32,000 bases of DNA from sequence record OZ361284.1. One strand, written 5' to 3'. The position numbers and the translations under genes are program-made. The notes under the pieces are model-generated. The model was not told the DNA's origin, ran no database searches, and worked only from the letters and a program-made list of their open reading frames with translations. Below are positions 1-9,099 of the stretch, piece after piece; the stretch's first letter is position 1; every line of letters begins with the position of its first letter.

Positions 1-73
1 GTTTAGATAGCTCAGTCGGTAGAGCAAAGGACTGAAAATCCTTGGGTCGGCAGTTCAAGTCTGTCTCTAAACA
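1..73 (+). tRNA. trnF: tRNA-Phe (GAA)
   Basis: Cloverleaf folded by eye. Acceptor is GTTTAGA/TCTAAAC, anticodon loop is CTGAAAA, T-loop is GTTCAAGTC. Confidence 0.9.
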
Positions 74-91
74 TTTGAACTCTTAAATAGT

Positions 92-478
92 ATGAAAAAT
101 TATTTATGGAATATGTTTGCAAATTTAAAAAACGGTCAAATGGCAAAAAATTCATTTATTTTACAACGAAAAAAAAAAAATTGTAGCTCTTTTTTGAATC
201 TTTTATGGGACGAAGGTTTGATCTTAGGGTACACTATTACCAAATCAAATCCAAATATGTTCAAGATTTTTTTAAAGTACAAAAATGGAAAACCTGCGAT
301 AAATTCATTAAGACCTATCACAAAGCCTGGACAGCGTATCTATTATTCTAATAAACAGTTGTGGAAAATAGATTCGAGTAAAGGTATTATAATTGTTTCA
401 ACCAATAAAGGTTTAATGCTTCTCGATGAATGTAAAAAATTAAATTTAGGTGGAGAACCTTACATTATAATAAAGTAG
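92..478 (+). CDS. rps8: ribosomal protein S8
   Basis: 128-aa ORF with ATG start. N-terminus NMFANLKNGQ and C-terminal region match the S8 family pattern. It sits in an rps8-rpl6 cluster. Confidence 0.85.
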   Translation: MKNYLWNMFANLKNGQMAKNSFILQRKKKNCSSFLNLLWDEGLILGYTITKSNPNMFKIFLKYKNGKPAINSLRPITKPGQRIYYSNKQLWKIDSSKGIIIVSTNKGLMLLDECKKLNLGGEPYIIIK

Positions 479-480
479 TT

Positions 481-1056
481 ATGAAAAATATATCAAAAAA
501 ACACATTGTTAAAATACCCAAACATATCTCAGTTTTTTACTCTGAAAAAAATCAAATTATTACAGTAGTTGGTCCTTTAAGGAAAAAATCGCTAAAATTA
601 AAGACCCGTATTGTTGTCTTGTCTAAAAAAAAGTTTATTGGTGTGACTTCACAACCCTTTCAAAATATGTCGTTAAACGAAAAGAAGCAATTAAAAGTTT
701 TGCAAGGAACTACAGTTGCATTACTAAAGCAAATCTTTTTAGAAGTGTCAGTGCTGCTTTGTAAAAAATTAAAGTTTGTTGGTGTAGGGTACAGAGCTTT
801 TTTAGTAAAACTTGCAAACAACACTTTACTACAATTTAAGTTAGGTTATAGCCATGATATTTACTTTAAAATCCCCTCAAATATAACAGTTTTTTGCTTA
901 AAATCTGATAAACTTTTTTTATCTGGGAGTTTGTATGAATACGTGTCACAAATTGCTTCATTGATTCGTTCGTACAAAATGCCTGAACCGTACAAAGGAA
1001 AAGGAATCTTATGTGAAAACGAAACAATTCTTCTAAAAGAAGGTAAAAAAGTATAA
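481..1056 (+). CDS. rpl6: ribosomal protein L6
   Basis: 191-aa ORF starting 2 nt after rps8. L6-like two-domain pattern (IPKHISV...VVGPLRKKSLKL...GVGYRA). Confidence 0.85.
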   Translation: MKNISKKHIVKIPKHISVFYSEKNQIITVVGPLRKKSLKLKTRIVVLSKKKFIGVTSQPFQNMSLNEKKQLKVLQGTTVALLKQIFLEVSVLLCKKLKFVGVGYRAFLVKLANNTLLQFKLGYSHDIYFKIPSNITVFCLKSDKLFLSGSLYEYVSQIASLIRSYKMPEPYKGKGILCENETILLKEGKKV

Positions 1057-1058
1057 TA

Positions 1059-1724
1059 ATGAAATTGAAAAAAATTAAACAAAAAAAATATAAATTATTA
1101 AAACTGCATTTGTTAAAATCTCAAGTTTATAGGAATAATCAAAAAGATAACACCTTTGATGAGCATGTAAACAAAAGCGTAGAACAAACCGAATTGCATT
1201 TAAAAAAAGCATTGAAGGTTATCTATGAATGCCATCTGAACAATTTCAAGATCCTTTTTATAGGGCTGCCTCAAACAGCCCCAACAATTTTTGAAGATTT
1301 ATTAAAAAGCACGTCACACTTTTTTGTTCCCTCAAACCTTTGGGTTAATAGCTTTTTTGCAAATCGAGTTTCTATTTTTCGTTTTTTAAATTTAAAAAAA
1401 CGAAATCTTGATAAAAAATTTTCGTTGAAAAATATCAATAATTTATTGTCGATTAGAACAAAACCTCGATTAGTTGTAGTCTTCGATCAAGATATCAAAA
1501 CAGACATCGTAAAAGAGTTAGCGACTTTGGATATTCCTGTTATTTTATTTGGAACTAATACAAACTTTAGTACTCAGATACCGTATTCGGTACCAGGAAT
1601 TTTTTTTTTTGTAAACAAAAAGTTAACAAATATAGTTCTTTTTTTAATTTGTTCTATCTTTAAAAACACTAAAAGTTTTTTAACACGTGATAGTTTGATT
1701 TTACCGTTTCTATCAAAGAAATAG
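1059..1724 (+). CDS. rps2: ribosomal protein S2
   Basis: 221-aa ORF with an S2-like core (ILFIGLPQ...VVVFDQDIKTDIVKELATLDIPVILFGTNTN). Confidence 0.8.
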   Translation: MKLKKIKQKKYKLLKLHLLKSQVYRNNQKDNTFDEHVNKSVEQTELHLKKALKVIYECHLNNFKILFIGLPQTAPTIFEDLLKSTSHFFVPSNLWVNSFFANRVSIFRFLNLKKRNLDKKFSLKNINNLLSIRTKPRLVVVFDQDIKTDIVKELATLDIPVILFGTNTNFSTQIPYSVPGIFFFVNKKLTNIVLFLICSIFKNTKSFLTRDSLILPFLSKK

Positions 1725-1769
1725 AATGGATGAATTACGAAAAAATATCCTTTCATTTAAAATTTATTA

Positions 1770-2489
1770 ATGTTAATTACAAAAAAACGAAGGTATAAAC
1801 CATTGTATAAAAAGTTTTTAAACTTAAAACAAAACGTACAGAATAGACCTCGCATCTTTAAATTCAAAAAACGAAAATGGAAAAATTTAATTGAATTTCT
1901 AAATCGTTTTCAGAGTAAACGTCCAGGCAAATACAAGCTTTACGATTTTCAACGTTACCCTTTATTGTCCTTTAGTTTTAGAAACAACTTCCGCTATAAA
2001 CTGCATACAAAACAAAAAGTTAGTTACTTTTATGGGGGATTGTCCAAGAAATCTTTAAAAAAGATTTCTATGCTAGCATTAAACCGCACTAAATTGAAAA
2101 AAAAAATTACAAATTCCAAACTCTTTTTAATCGAGTCGTTGGAAAAGCGTTTAGATGTAATTTTACATAGATCCCACTTTGTAATTAGTATTCGAAGTGC
2201 ACGTCAATTAATATCTCATGGACAGGTTTTTGTAAACAAGCGCCGAGTAAATAATTGTAATTTCATCTTAAAAAAAGGTGATTTAGTAGAATTTAGCCCA
2301 ATGATTCATGGTTTAATCGAAAAAAAATTAAAATCATCCAGAGGTTGGCCTATGCCACCCAAATATCTACAAATAAATTATAGAACTTTCCAAATTTTAA
2401 TTATTGAAGATATAAAATCAACAAGCTTATCTTTACAATTTCCATTCTGGTTAGATTTTAGCACTTTATTAAAATCGTATGAGCGATAA
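1770..2489 (+). CDS. rps4: ribosomal protein S4
   Basis: 239-aa ORF with an S4 RNA-binding domain (RLDVILHRSHFVISIRSARQLISHGQVFVNKRRV). Confidence 0.9.
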   Translation: MLITKKRRYKPLYKKFLNLKQNVQNRPRIFKFKKRKWKNLIEFLNRFQSKRPGKYKLYDFQRYPLLSFSFRNNFRYKLHTKQKVSYFYGGLSKKSLKKISMLALNRTKLKKKITNSKLFLIESLEKRLDVILHRSHFVISIRSARQLISHGQVFVNKRRVNNCNFILKKGDLVEFSPMIHGLIEKKLKSSRGWPMPPKYLQINYRTFQILIIEDIKSTSLSLQFPFWLDFSTLLKSYER

Positions 2490-2496
2490 CCTTTTG

Positions 2497-2568
2497 TCTT
2501 CAGTAGCTCAGAGGTAGAGCGAGTGGTTGTTAACCACCAGGCCGTTGGTTCAAATCCAACCTGAAGAG
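2497..2568 (+). tRNA. trnN: tRNA-Asn (GUU)
   Basis: 72-nt cloverleaf. Acceptor is TCTTCAG/CTGAAGA, anticodon loop is TTGTTAA. Confidence 0.9.
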
Positions 2569-2575
2569 ATTTTTT

Positions 2576-2648
2576 TGGAAGTAATCGGACTCGAACCGAT
2601 AACTTTATGCGTGCAAAGCATACACTCTACCAATTGAGTTATACTCCC
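2576..2648 (-). tRNA. trnA: tRNA-Ala (UGC)
   Basis: On the minus strand: GGGAGTA...TACTTCC acceptor with the G3:U70 pair typical of tRNA-Ala. Anticodon loop is TTTGCAC. Confidence 0.9.
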
Positions 2649-3031
2649 TTAAAACCGATTTTTTATTTAAGAAAATGTTTGTAACAGTAGTTGATTAACC
2701 ATAAATTATAGTTTAGATCTTTATCTATTGTTTTTATGGATTTTACATTTTTGATCAATTTTTTTGCTCTAAATTTTTTCACTTCTATAAAGTAAGGAAT
2801 AGTTGTTTTTATACTGTAGTAGTAGAAAAAATATAAAGTTACTAATAATCCGAATACTTGGGCACTTATTGTTAATATATCAAATTGTGGAATTTTCAGA
2901 AAAAATAGATTTTATTTGTCCTGTTAAAATAACTCGTAAAAACGCAATTTGCGTCGTTTCATATATTAAGATTCATTCTGAGAGAATTGAATTATTTTTT
3001 GTTCATAGTGAACCGCTTTAAACATATTTAT

Positions 3032-3116
3032 ACTCGTTTGGTGAAATTGGTAGACACGTCAGACTTAAAATCTGATTCTTTTTGAAAGAGTATCGGTTCA
3101 AATCCGATAACGAGTA
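3032..3116 (+). tRNA. trnL: tRNA-Leu (UAA)
   Basis: 85 nt with a long variable arm. Acceptor is ACTCGTT/AACGAGT, anticodon stem is TCAGA/TCTGA, anticodon loop is CTTAAAA. Confidence 0.9.
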
Positions 3117-3144
3117 GTCTTTCTTTTAGAGGAGTAAAAATATA

Positions 3145-3229
3145 ACCAAAATGATGGAATTGGTAGACATGCTAGGTTTAGGTTCTAGTTCTTTTCAAAA
3201 GAGTAGGGGTTCAAGTCCCCTTTTTGGTA
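3145..3229 (+). tRNA. trnL: tRNA-Leu (UAG)
   Basis: 85 nt with a long variable arm. Acceptor is ACCAAAA/TTTTGGT, anticodon loop is TTTAGGT. Confidence 0.88.
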
Positions 3230-3370
3230 GTTAATTACTTGATAACTATATAATCCAAGATAAATGCTTTTATAATTGACTATAAAAAAGTCAAATTTAC
3301 AAAGCTAATTTTTCTAAACTGCACAAACAAGTTTCCCTTATCTTCATATAAAAACTAAGTTTAAGACAAA

Positions 3371-3751
3371 ATGCCAACAATTAATCAATTGTTTAAAAAG
3401 AAACGAGTAAAGAAAATTAAACGACTGAAAACACCTGCATTAGAACGCTGCCCTCAAAAAAAAGGGGTGTGTCTTAAAGTTTTTTTGAGAACTCCTAAGA
3501 AACCGAATTCAGCGTTGCGTAAATTAGCTCGGCTGCGGTTATCAAATAACAAAAGAATAACTGCATATATACCAGGAGAAGGCCATAATCTACAAGAATA
3601 TTCTACCGTAATAGTACGAGGTGGTAGAGTGAAGGATTTACCAGGTATTAAGTACCAGCTGGTTCGTGGAAAATTAGACTTTCCAGGTCTGAAATCACGA
3701 AAAACTTCAAGATCAAAGTATGGGACAAAGAAAGCTTCTAAATATGTATAA
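3371..3751 (+). CDS. rps12: ribosomal protein S12
   Basis: 126 aa. Classic S12 sequence (MPTINQL...[10 protein letters not shown]...[11 protein letters not shown]). Confidence 0.97.
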   Translation: MPTINQLFKKKRVKKIKRLKTPALERCPQKKGVCLKVFLRTPKKPNSALRKLARLRLSNNKRITAYIPGEGHNLQEYSTVIVRGGRVKDLPGIKYQLVRGKLDFPGLKSRKTSRSKYGTKKASKYV

Positions 3752-3772
3752 ATCAATCTTTAAAAAAATTAT

Positions 3773-4192
3773 ATGACATTAAAAGACGTACTATTAAATC
3801 ATTTAGTTATCAATGGAAACAAACAAACTTCTGAAAAGTTATTCTTAAAAAGTATTAAATTAAGCCAAAAGAGACTTAAAAAAGATCATAGAGATATATT
3901 CAAATCAGCAATAGTTTTGAGTTCTCCGATTGTTGGTCTTAAATCAGTTTCAAAGGGTCGTAAGCAATCAAAAAATTTTCCTTTCGTATTACATAAGCGA
4001 ATTCGAATTTCTCTAGCAATTAAGTTAATATTACATACTGTTAATAAAACCTCAAAAGCTTCTTTTTCTAATGATTTTAGTAACGAAATTATACTAGCGG
4101 CACAAAATGTTAGTAGTAGTACTAAATCAAAACAAGAAATTCACAACAACGCCTTTTTGGTAAGAAAATATGCAAATTATAGGTGGTTTTAA
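3773..4192 (+). CDS. rps7: ribosomal protein S7
   Basis: 139 aa, directly downstream of rps12. S7-type C-terminus (KYANYRWF). Confidence 0.85.
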   Translation: MTLKDVLLNHLVINGNKQTSEKLFLKSIKLSQKRLKKDHRDIFKSAIVLSSPIVGLKSVSKGRKQSKNFPFVLHKRIRISLAIKLILHTVNKTSKASFSNDFSNEIILAAQNVSSSTKSKQEIHNNAFLVRKYANYRWF

Positions 4193-4201
4193 TTTGATTT
4201 T

Positions 4202-4275
4202 TACGCTTAATAGGACTTGAACCTATAACTTTCGGGGCCGAAATCCGACGCTCTATCCAATTGAGCTATAAGCGC
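4202..4275 (-). tRNA. trnR: tRNA-Arg (UCG)
   Basis: On the minus strand: GCGCTTA acceptor (G1:U72), D-arm GCTC/GAGC, anticodon loop TTTCGGC, T-arm ATAGG/CCTAT. There is one A:C mismatch in the anticodon stem. Confidence 0.8.
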
Positions 4276-4308
4276 ATATTCAAAACTCGAAAATTTATGA
4301 AAATTCTT

Positions 4309-4689
4309 ATGATTCAACAACAAACAATTCTTAAAGTTTCCGATAACTCTGGAGCTAAAACAGTTAAATGTATTAAAGTCTTAGGGGGATTTAAACGGAA
4401 AGTTGCAAAAATCGGAGATGTAATTGTAGTCTCGGTTCAACAACTTAGAAATAAGTCTCGTGTCACTTCTAAAGTTCAAACAGGAGAAATTTATCGAGCT
4501 CTCGTAATTCGAACACGAAGTAAAATATTAAAGAAAGACGGATCCAACTATCGTTTCGCTGAGAATGCAGTTAGCCTAATTAATAAGCAAGGAAAACCAA
4601 TAGCTACACGAATTATAGGGCCCGTGTCGAAAAGATTAAGGAAAGGAAAATTTTTGAAGTTTGCTAGCATTTCTACCGGCTTTGTTTAG
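4309..4689 (+). CDS. rpl14: ribosomal protein L14
   Basis: The conserved start MIQQQTILKVSDNSGAK begins at ATG 4309. ATG 4297 is an alternative start. The TTG at 4261 in the ORF track lies inside antisense trnR. Confidence 0.92.
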   Translation: MIQQQTILKVSDNSGAKTVKCIKVLGGFKRKVAKIGDVIVVSVQQLRNKSRVTSKVQTGEIYRALVIRTRSKILKKDGSNYRFAENAVSLINKQGKPIATRIIGPVSKRLRKGKFLKFASISTGFV

Positions 4690-4699
4690 TGATATAAAG

Positions 4700-5242
4700 A
4701 TGAACTTTTATAGATATTACAACGAAAATGTCGTAAAATACGGCTTATTAAACAAATTTCAATATAAATCTTTAAATGAAATGCCAAAATTTAATAAAAT
4801 CATTTTGAATTTTGGCAGTAAAAAATCGGATTTAAAACAGCTAGGGCCAACTCTATTAGCCCTTGAGTTAATTACTTCACAAAAAAGTCTACTTACGACC
4901 TCAAATACGATAAATCTCTCGCTAAAGATAAAAAAGGGCAGCCCTACAGGTTGTAAAATCACCTTACGAAAAATGACAATGTATACTTTTTTAAACAAGG
5001 TTGTCAATAAAATTTTTCCAAAACTAAAACTATTTCGAGGCTTCACGATTTTAACTTCAAAGGCAAAAATGCAGAAAACGTTTTCATTCAGCTTGAAAAA
5101 TAATCTACTATTCCCGGAGTTAGAAAAACACTACCAATATTTTAATCGACTGCCTCATTTAGATGTTACGATAGTAACAACCGCAAAAAGTGTTCGCGAG
5201 TTAGTCTTTTTATTAAAATCTTTTAAAATTCCTTTATTGTAA
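4700..5242 (+). CDS. rpl5: ribosomal protein L5
   Basis: L5-like sequence follows rpl14. I chose ATG 4700 (MNFYRYYNENV...) rather than TTG 4661, which overlaps rpl14. Confidence 0.85.
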   Translation: MNFYRYYNENVVKYGLLNKFQYKSLNEMPKFNKIILNFGSKKSDLKQLGPTLLALELITSQKSLLTTSNTINLSLKIKKGSPTGCKITLRKMTMYTFLNKVVNKIFPKLKLFRGFTILTSKAKMQKTFSFSLKNNLLFPELEKHYQYFNRLPHLDVTIVTTAKSVRELVFLLKSFKIPLL

Positions 5243-5359
5243 ATACAGAAAACAGTTAAAAAAAGTTGACATTGCTCTATGTTGATGAGCTTAGCGCGCA
5301 TTTGATTTCAAAATGTTTTTACAAAAGGGTAACGCAAAGATAATTTTTTAATCTTCGAA

Positions 5360-5431
5360 GCAAATGTAACTCAATGGTAGAGTGTAATCTTGCCAAGATT
5401 GAAGTTGAGGGTTCGAATCCCTTTTTTTGCT
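5360..5431 (+). tRNA. trnG: tRNA-Gly (GCC)
   Basis: 72-nt cloverleaf. Anticodon loop is TTGCCAA, T-arm is GAGGG/CCCTT. The acceptor has one T:T mismatch. Confidence 0.85.
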
Positions 5432-5433
5432 TA

Positions 5434-5518
5434 GGATAAGTGGTCGAGTGGTTTAAGGCGTTAGTTTTGAAAACTATTGTATTAAAAAATACCGTGGGTT
5501 CGAATCCCACCTTATCCT
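5434..5518 (+). tRNA. trnS: tRNA-Ser (UGA)
   Basis: 85 nt with a long variable arm. Acceptor is GGATAAG/CTTATCC, anticodon loop is TTTGAAA. Confidence 0.85.
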
Positions 5519-5537
5519 ATTTGTAACAATTAATCGT

Positions 5538-5611
5538 GGCTAAATAACATAATTTGGTTAATGTATTAGATTGCAAATCTTGTAATATCGGTTCAAGTCC
5601 GATTTTAGCCT
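5538..5611 (+). tRNA. trnC: tRNA-Cys (GCA)
   Basis: 74 nt. Acceptor is GGCTAAA/TTTAGCC, anticodon loop is TTGCAAA. Confidence 0.85.
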
Positions 5612-5629
5612 AAATCTACGATTTTATAA

Positions 5630-6619
5630 ATGTTTGTATTAATAAGTTCTATTGTATTAAAAATCCTTCTTATCGTTATTCCTCTGTTAATTTCTGTAGC
5701 GTATTTAACAATAGCTGAAAGAAAAATAATGGGTAGTATACAACGAAGGAGAGGTCCAAATGTAATAGGGTTTCTAGGATTGCTTCAACCTCTAGCCGAT
5801 GGCCTGAAGTTGTTTACCAAAGAAACTATTTTGCCAAGTAACTCAAGTATCATTATTTTTTTAATCGCTCCTATATTGACTTTCATTTTAAGTTTAATAG
5901 GTTGGTCTGTTATTCCCTTTTCTGAGAGTCTTGTTATAGCAGACCTAAATGTCGGTATTTTGTATTTATTTGCAACTTCCTCGTTAAGTGTATATGGTAT
6001 CGTAATGGCAGGTTGGGCAAGTAACTCTAAATATCCTTTTTTAGGGGCATTACGTTCTGCTGCTCAAATGATTTCTTATGAAGTCTCAATCGGATTCATA
6101 ATAGTGAACGTTTGTCTATGTGTTGGGTCATTTAATTTAAGCTCAATAGTATTAGCACAACAAAGTGTTTGGTTTATTGTACCTTTATTTCCTATGTTTG
6201 TAATGTTTTCTGTTTCGATGTTGGCTGAAACTAATCGTCATCCTTTTGATTTACCCGAAGCAGAAGCTGAACTGGTTTCGGGTTATAATATTGAATATTC
6301 TGCAATGACATTTGCCTTATTTTTTTTAGGTGAATATGCAAATATGCTATTAATGAGTTCTTTTGCATCGATTTTATTCTTAGGAGGGTGGTTGACGTTG
6401 TTCGATATTTTCCCATTAAACGTTCTGCCTGGAAGTTTTTGGTTTAGTATCAAAATTGTTATCGGGGTAATTTTTTTTATCCTCACTCGAGCAGCATTAC
6501 CTCGTTACAGATATGACCAGCTGATGCATATTGGATGGAAATGTTTCCTTCCGCTGTCTTTAGGTTATCTACTATTAACGGTAGGTACATTGATTAGTTT
6601 TAATTGGTTACCTAACTAA
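5630..6619 (+). CDS. nad1: NADH dehydrogenase subunit 1
   Basis: 329 aa. Highly conserved ND1 motifs ([38 protein letters not shown]). Confidence 0.98.
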   Translation: MFVLISSIVLKILLIVIPLLISVAYLTIAERKIMGSIQRRRGPNVIGFLGLLQPLADGLKLFTKETILPSNSSIIIFLIAPILTFILSLIGWSVIPFSESLVIADLNVGILYLFATSSLSVYGIVMAGWASNSKYPFLGALRSAAQMISYEVSIGFIIVNVCLCVGSFNLSSIVLAQQSVWFIVPLFPMFVMFSVSMLAETNRHPFDLPEAEAELVSGYNIEYSAMTFALFFLGEYANMLLMSSFASILFLGGWLTLFDIFPLNVLPGSFWFSIKIVIGVIFFILTRAALPRYRYDQLMHIGWKCFLPLSLGYLLLTVGTLISFNWLPN

Positions 6620-6622
6620 ACA

Positions 6623-7354
6623 TTAAAATATCTTTGACACATGAATTCTTAAAATAATTATAACTATCGTTAACTCAAAGATCATTATTGTGATCATTCC
6701 AACAATAAGCTGACTGAAAATATCCGGGGGGGTCATAAAAGTTGCAATTAAAAAAAAACCTAAATAAAAAAATTTCCTTAACGTTTTGATCAAATCTAAG
6801 TTTTCTTTTATATAATTTACAAAAACGATCAACAGAACTAATAGTTGAAAATTCAAACAACAGATATAGTATAGATTGATATATAAATCTAAGTATTCAA
6901 TGATTTTTGCTTCTAGATGAAAAGTTAAAACCGAATGATCACTGAAAGTTTGAAAACTGAGAAAAAATTTCCAGCTGAGTGGCAAAAGATAAATATTTAG
7001 AATAAAAATAGAAAAAAACCATAGTGTTAAACTTGTCCGAAAAAATGTTGCGTACTTTTTGTATTCAGAAAAATATAATCCTGGAACTAAAAATACAAAT
7101 AAGTGATAGACCAAGAATGCGAGAAAGAACTGATTTCCAACGAAAGAAATCAATTTCAAATATGTTGAAAAGATATCAGTTAAATTAGTAAAAATGAAAT
7201 ATTGCGAATTATGTTGGAACAGACACAAGTTTGGTTTTACCAATAGAAACAATAAAACTTCCTTATAAAAATAGCCGACGGCCACCACAGAAGTCCATGC
7301 TAAAACAATCAATAATGTTCTGTTTTTAAGTTCGGTTATGAAATGATAAATCAT
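6623..7354 (-). CDS. tatC: Sec-independent translocase component TatC (mttB/ymf16)
   Basis: 243-aa polytopic hydrophobic ORF with a TatC-like N-terminus (HFITELKNRTLLIV...) and a PPD motif (MTPPDIFSQ). Confidence 0.8.
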   Translation of the reverse strand: MIYHFITELKNRTLLIVLAWTSVVAVGYFYKEVLLFLLVKPNLCLFQHNSQYFIFTNLTDIFSTYLKLISFVGNQFFLAFLVYHLFVFLVPGLYFSEYKKYATFFRTSLTLWFFSIFILNIYLLPLSWKFFLSFQTFSDHSVLTFHLEAKIIEYLDLYINLYYICCLNFQLLVLLIVFVNYIKENLDLIKTLRKFFYLGFFLIATFMTPPDIFSQLIVGMITIMIFELTIVIIILRIHVSKIF

Positions 7355-7376
7355 GAAAGAGTAATTAAGCGATTAA

Positions 7377-7449
7377 AGGAAAATAGTTCAGTTGGTAGAA
7401 TAGTGGTTTCCAAAACCAAAGGTCAAGGGTTCAACTCCCTTTTTTCCTG
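7377..7449 (+). tRNA. trnW: tRNA-Trp (CCA)
   Basis: 73 nt. Acceptor is AGGAAAA/TTTTCCT, anticodon loop is TTCCAAA, T-loop is TTCAACT. Confidence 0.9.
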
Positions 7450-7639
7450 TTTTTCTTTTTGATAAGTGTTTTACGCAAAGATAGTTGATCCCTTAAGGAC
7501 CCGAATACTTGTTTTATTTTTGAAAGATCTCCAAATAGTAAGACCAGCAATAGAGCGATGATAATTAATTGACCAAAACTTATATTGTTCATTAACTTGT
7601 TTGAGTGTAAAAATTTTTATTTTTAGATAATATTTTTAG

Positions 7640-7711
7640 AGGCTTATAGTTCAGGGGTAGAACGTACCGCTCATAACGGTTTTGTCGTAGGTTCAAATCC
7701 TACTAAGCCTA
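7640..7711 (+). tRNA. trnM: tRNA with CAU anticodon (Met, initiator or Ile-lysidine type not resolved)
   Basis: 72 nt. Acceptor is AGGCTTA/TAAGCCT, anticodon loop is CTCATAA. Confidence 0.85.
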
Positions 7712-7727
7712 TAGATTCATCACTTAC

Positions 7728-8189
7728 ATGAAATTTAGTACAAAAAGTTATAAAGTTTTTAAAATCAAACATCATTTTAAAAAGGCTAAGTTCTTCATCT
7801 TTTGCCATGGAACCAATTCAAGTATTTCCGAATGGTTAAATGTTGAGCAAGACCTGGTAAGTTCGCAACTTAGTTATTATAGATCGTACAATAGCCTAAC
7901 AAAAAAATCCATCCGTGACTCAATTTTTAGGAATTTAACGAAGTTAGCAAATGGACCTCTTTTCTTTGTATACACTTACAAAGAAAGACGCATGAGTCAA
8001 GCATTGACAAAACTAATAGCCGTCAACAAGTTGTTAACATCAATGTGTATTCGTATGAATGATAAAGTTTATTCGATTCCTCAATTAACTAACATTTCAA
8101 CTTTAAACTATATAACAATATTTGTTATATTTCGAAGTCTACTGGACAGAATGTTAAAAACACCTTATAAAACATTTATTACAAAGTAA
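7728..8189 (+). CDS. Divergent ORF, possibly ribosomal protein L10 (uL10)-like
   Basis: 153-aa ORF with ATG start in a tRNA-flanked slot. By-eye positional match to bacterial L10: KKAKFFIFCHGTNSSISEW...YYRSYNSLTKKSI...FRNLTKLANGPLFFVYT against KGALSAVVADSRGVTVDKM...YMRVVRNTLLRRAV...FECLKDAFVGPTLIAYS. Not verified by a profile search. Confidence 0.45.
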   Translation: MKFSTKSYKVFKIKHHFKKAKFFIFCHGTNSSISEWLNVEQDLVSSQLSYYRSYNSLTKKSIRDSIFRNLTKLANGPLFFVYTYKERRMSQALTKLIAVNKLLTSMCIRMNDKVYSIPQLTNISTLNYITIFVIFRSLLDRMLKTPYKTFITK

Positions 8190-8198
8190 GAAATAGTT

Positions 8199-8272
8199 TC
8201 GAAATAATGTGATTTGAACACATGACTTCCTGTTCCCAAAACAGGCACGCTACCAGACTGCGTTATATTTCG
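8199..8272 (-). tRNA. trnP: tRNA-Pro (UGG)
   Basis: On the minus strand: CGAAATA/TATTTCG acceptor, anticodon stem CCTGT/ACAGG, anticodon loop TTTGGGA. Confidence 0.9.
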
Positions 8273-8295
8273 AAAAATTAATATATTTTCAAAAT

Positions 8296-8378
8296 TGAAG
8301 GGAGTAGGATTTGAACCTACGATGGGAATACCCAACAGATTTACAATCTGCCACTTTTAGCCACTCAGTCATCCCTTC
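8296..8378 (-). tRNA. trnY: tRNA-Tyr (GUA)
   Basis: On the minus strand: 83 nt with a long variable arm (bacterial-type Tyr). Acceptor is GAAGGGA/TCCCTTC, anticodon loop is TTGTAAA. Confidence 0.85.
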
Positions 8379-8401
8379 GAACGTAAAATTTTTCCGATTT
8401 T

Positions 8402-9082
8402 TTAAAATCGTTTTATTTTTTTAGGTCTGCAACCATTATGTGGTTGCATGTTATAACTTCGAATAGTTTTTATGAAAAATTTGGTCTTTAACATTTGTAC
8501 AATAAACGCTTCATAATGCGATCTAGTATTCTTGAAATGAATTGCTAAAGGTTCGTTTTGCATGAACTTAGCTTTTAAAAATAAACGTTTTAGAATATTA
8601 ATTAATGCAGCAGGCTGCTTCGTTTTTTGTTTACCTTTTAAGTTTACCTGACCAGACGAGTAAAAAAGCTTAACGTTTCCCTTAATATCAGTAACGCTTA
8701 CCAAAGTATTGGTACTTGTTAGATTAATATGAACGATATAACTTACAAGGCTTTGCTTATAAAAAGTAGTTAACGATTTTTTGTCATAACGACAAGACAA
8801 GGGCATCTTGCTTTCGTACATTTGCGGCACTTTAGGATTTTGTGACGATTGAGCCGCAGCAAACATGTCTTTCAATCTTTTTACAGCTTTTTTGTGTTTT
8901 ATTTTACGCAGAGTGTGAAGTTTTTTAAACAATTCACGCGTATATTTTTCTTTCTCTATAACTGTTCCGTTAATGTCAGACAGAGGACCTGTTATTTGCT
9001 TAGGTAATTTGCCTTTAATCATTTGTCTAGCGGCAATTTTTTTGATACTATTATTTAATAAAATTTTTTGTACTAAAAACAT
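8402..9082 (-). CDS. rps11: ribosomal protein S11 (with long N-terminal extension)
   Basis: 226 aa. The C-terminal half is typical S11 (NTLVSVTDIKGN...SSGQ...PHNGCRPKKIKRF). About the first 100 aa are lineage-specific. Confidence 0.9.
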   Translation of the reverse strand: MFLVQKILLNNSIKKIAARQMIKGKLPKQITGPLSDINGTVIEKEKYTRELFKKLHTLRKIKHKKAVKRLKDMFAAAQSSQNPKVPQMYESKMPLSCRYDKKSLTTFYKQSLVSYIVHINLTSTNTLVSVTDIKGNVKLFYSSGQVNLKGKQKTKQPAALINILKRLFLKAKFMQNEPLAIHFKNTRSHYEAFIVQMLKTKFFIKTIRSYNMQPHNGCRPKKIKRF

Positions 9083-9099
9083 AACTATTTATTTTTAAA

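Noticed and set aside
136-321. Short antisense ORFs within conserved genes, for example 136-321, 861-1082, 3454-3756, 4759-5046, 11601-11909, 15679-15966 and 27061-27264.
   Set aside because: Each lies opposite or out of frame within a strongly supported gene. This is the expected by-product of AT-rich sequence with few stop codons in some frames.
2803-3021. 72-aa TTG-initiated ORF in the trnA-trnL spacer.
   Set aside because: It has no ATG, no recognisable motifs, and is AT-rich low-complexity sequence. I treat it as spacer.
4261-4308. Upstream extension of the rpl14 ORF. The extension of rpl5 at 4661-4699 is similar.
   Set aside because: Both use TTG starts that overlap trnR or the end of rpl14. 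The conserved N-termini begin at ATG 4309 and ATG 4700.
5319-5510. 63-aa minus-strand ORF.
   Set aside because: It is entirely antisense to trnG(GCC) and trnS(UGA), and its 'protein' is a translation of tRNA sequence.
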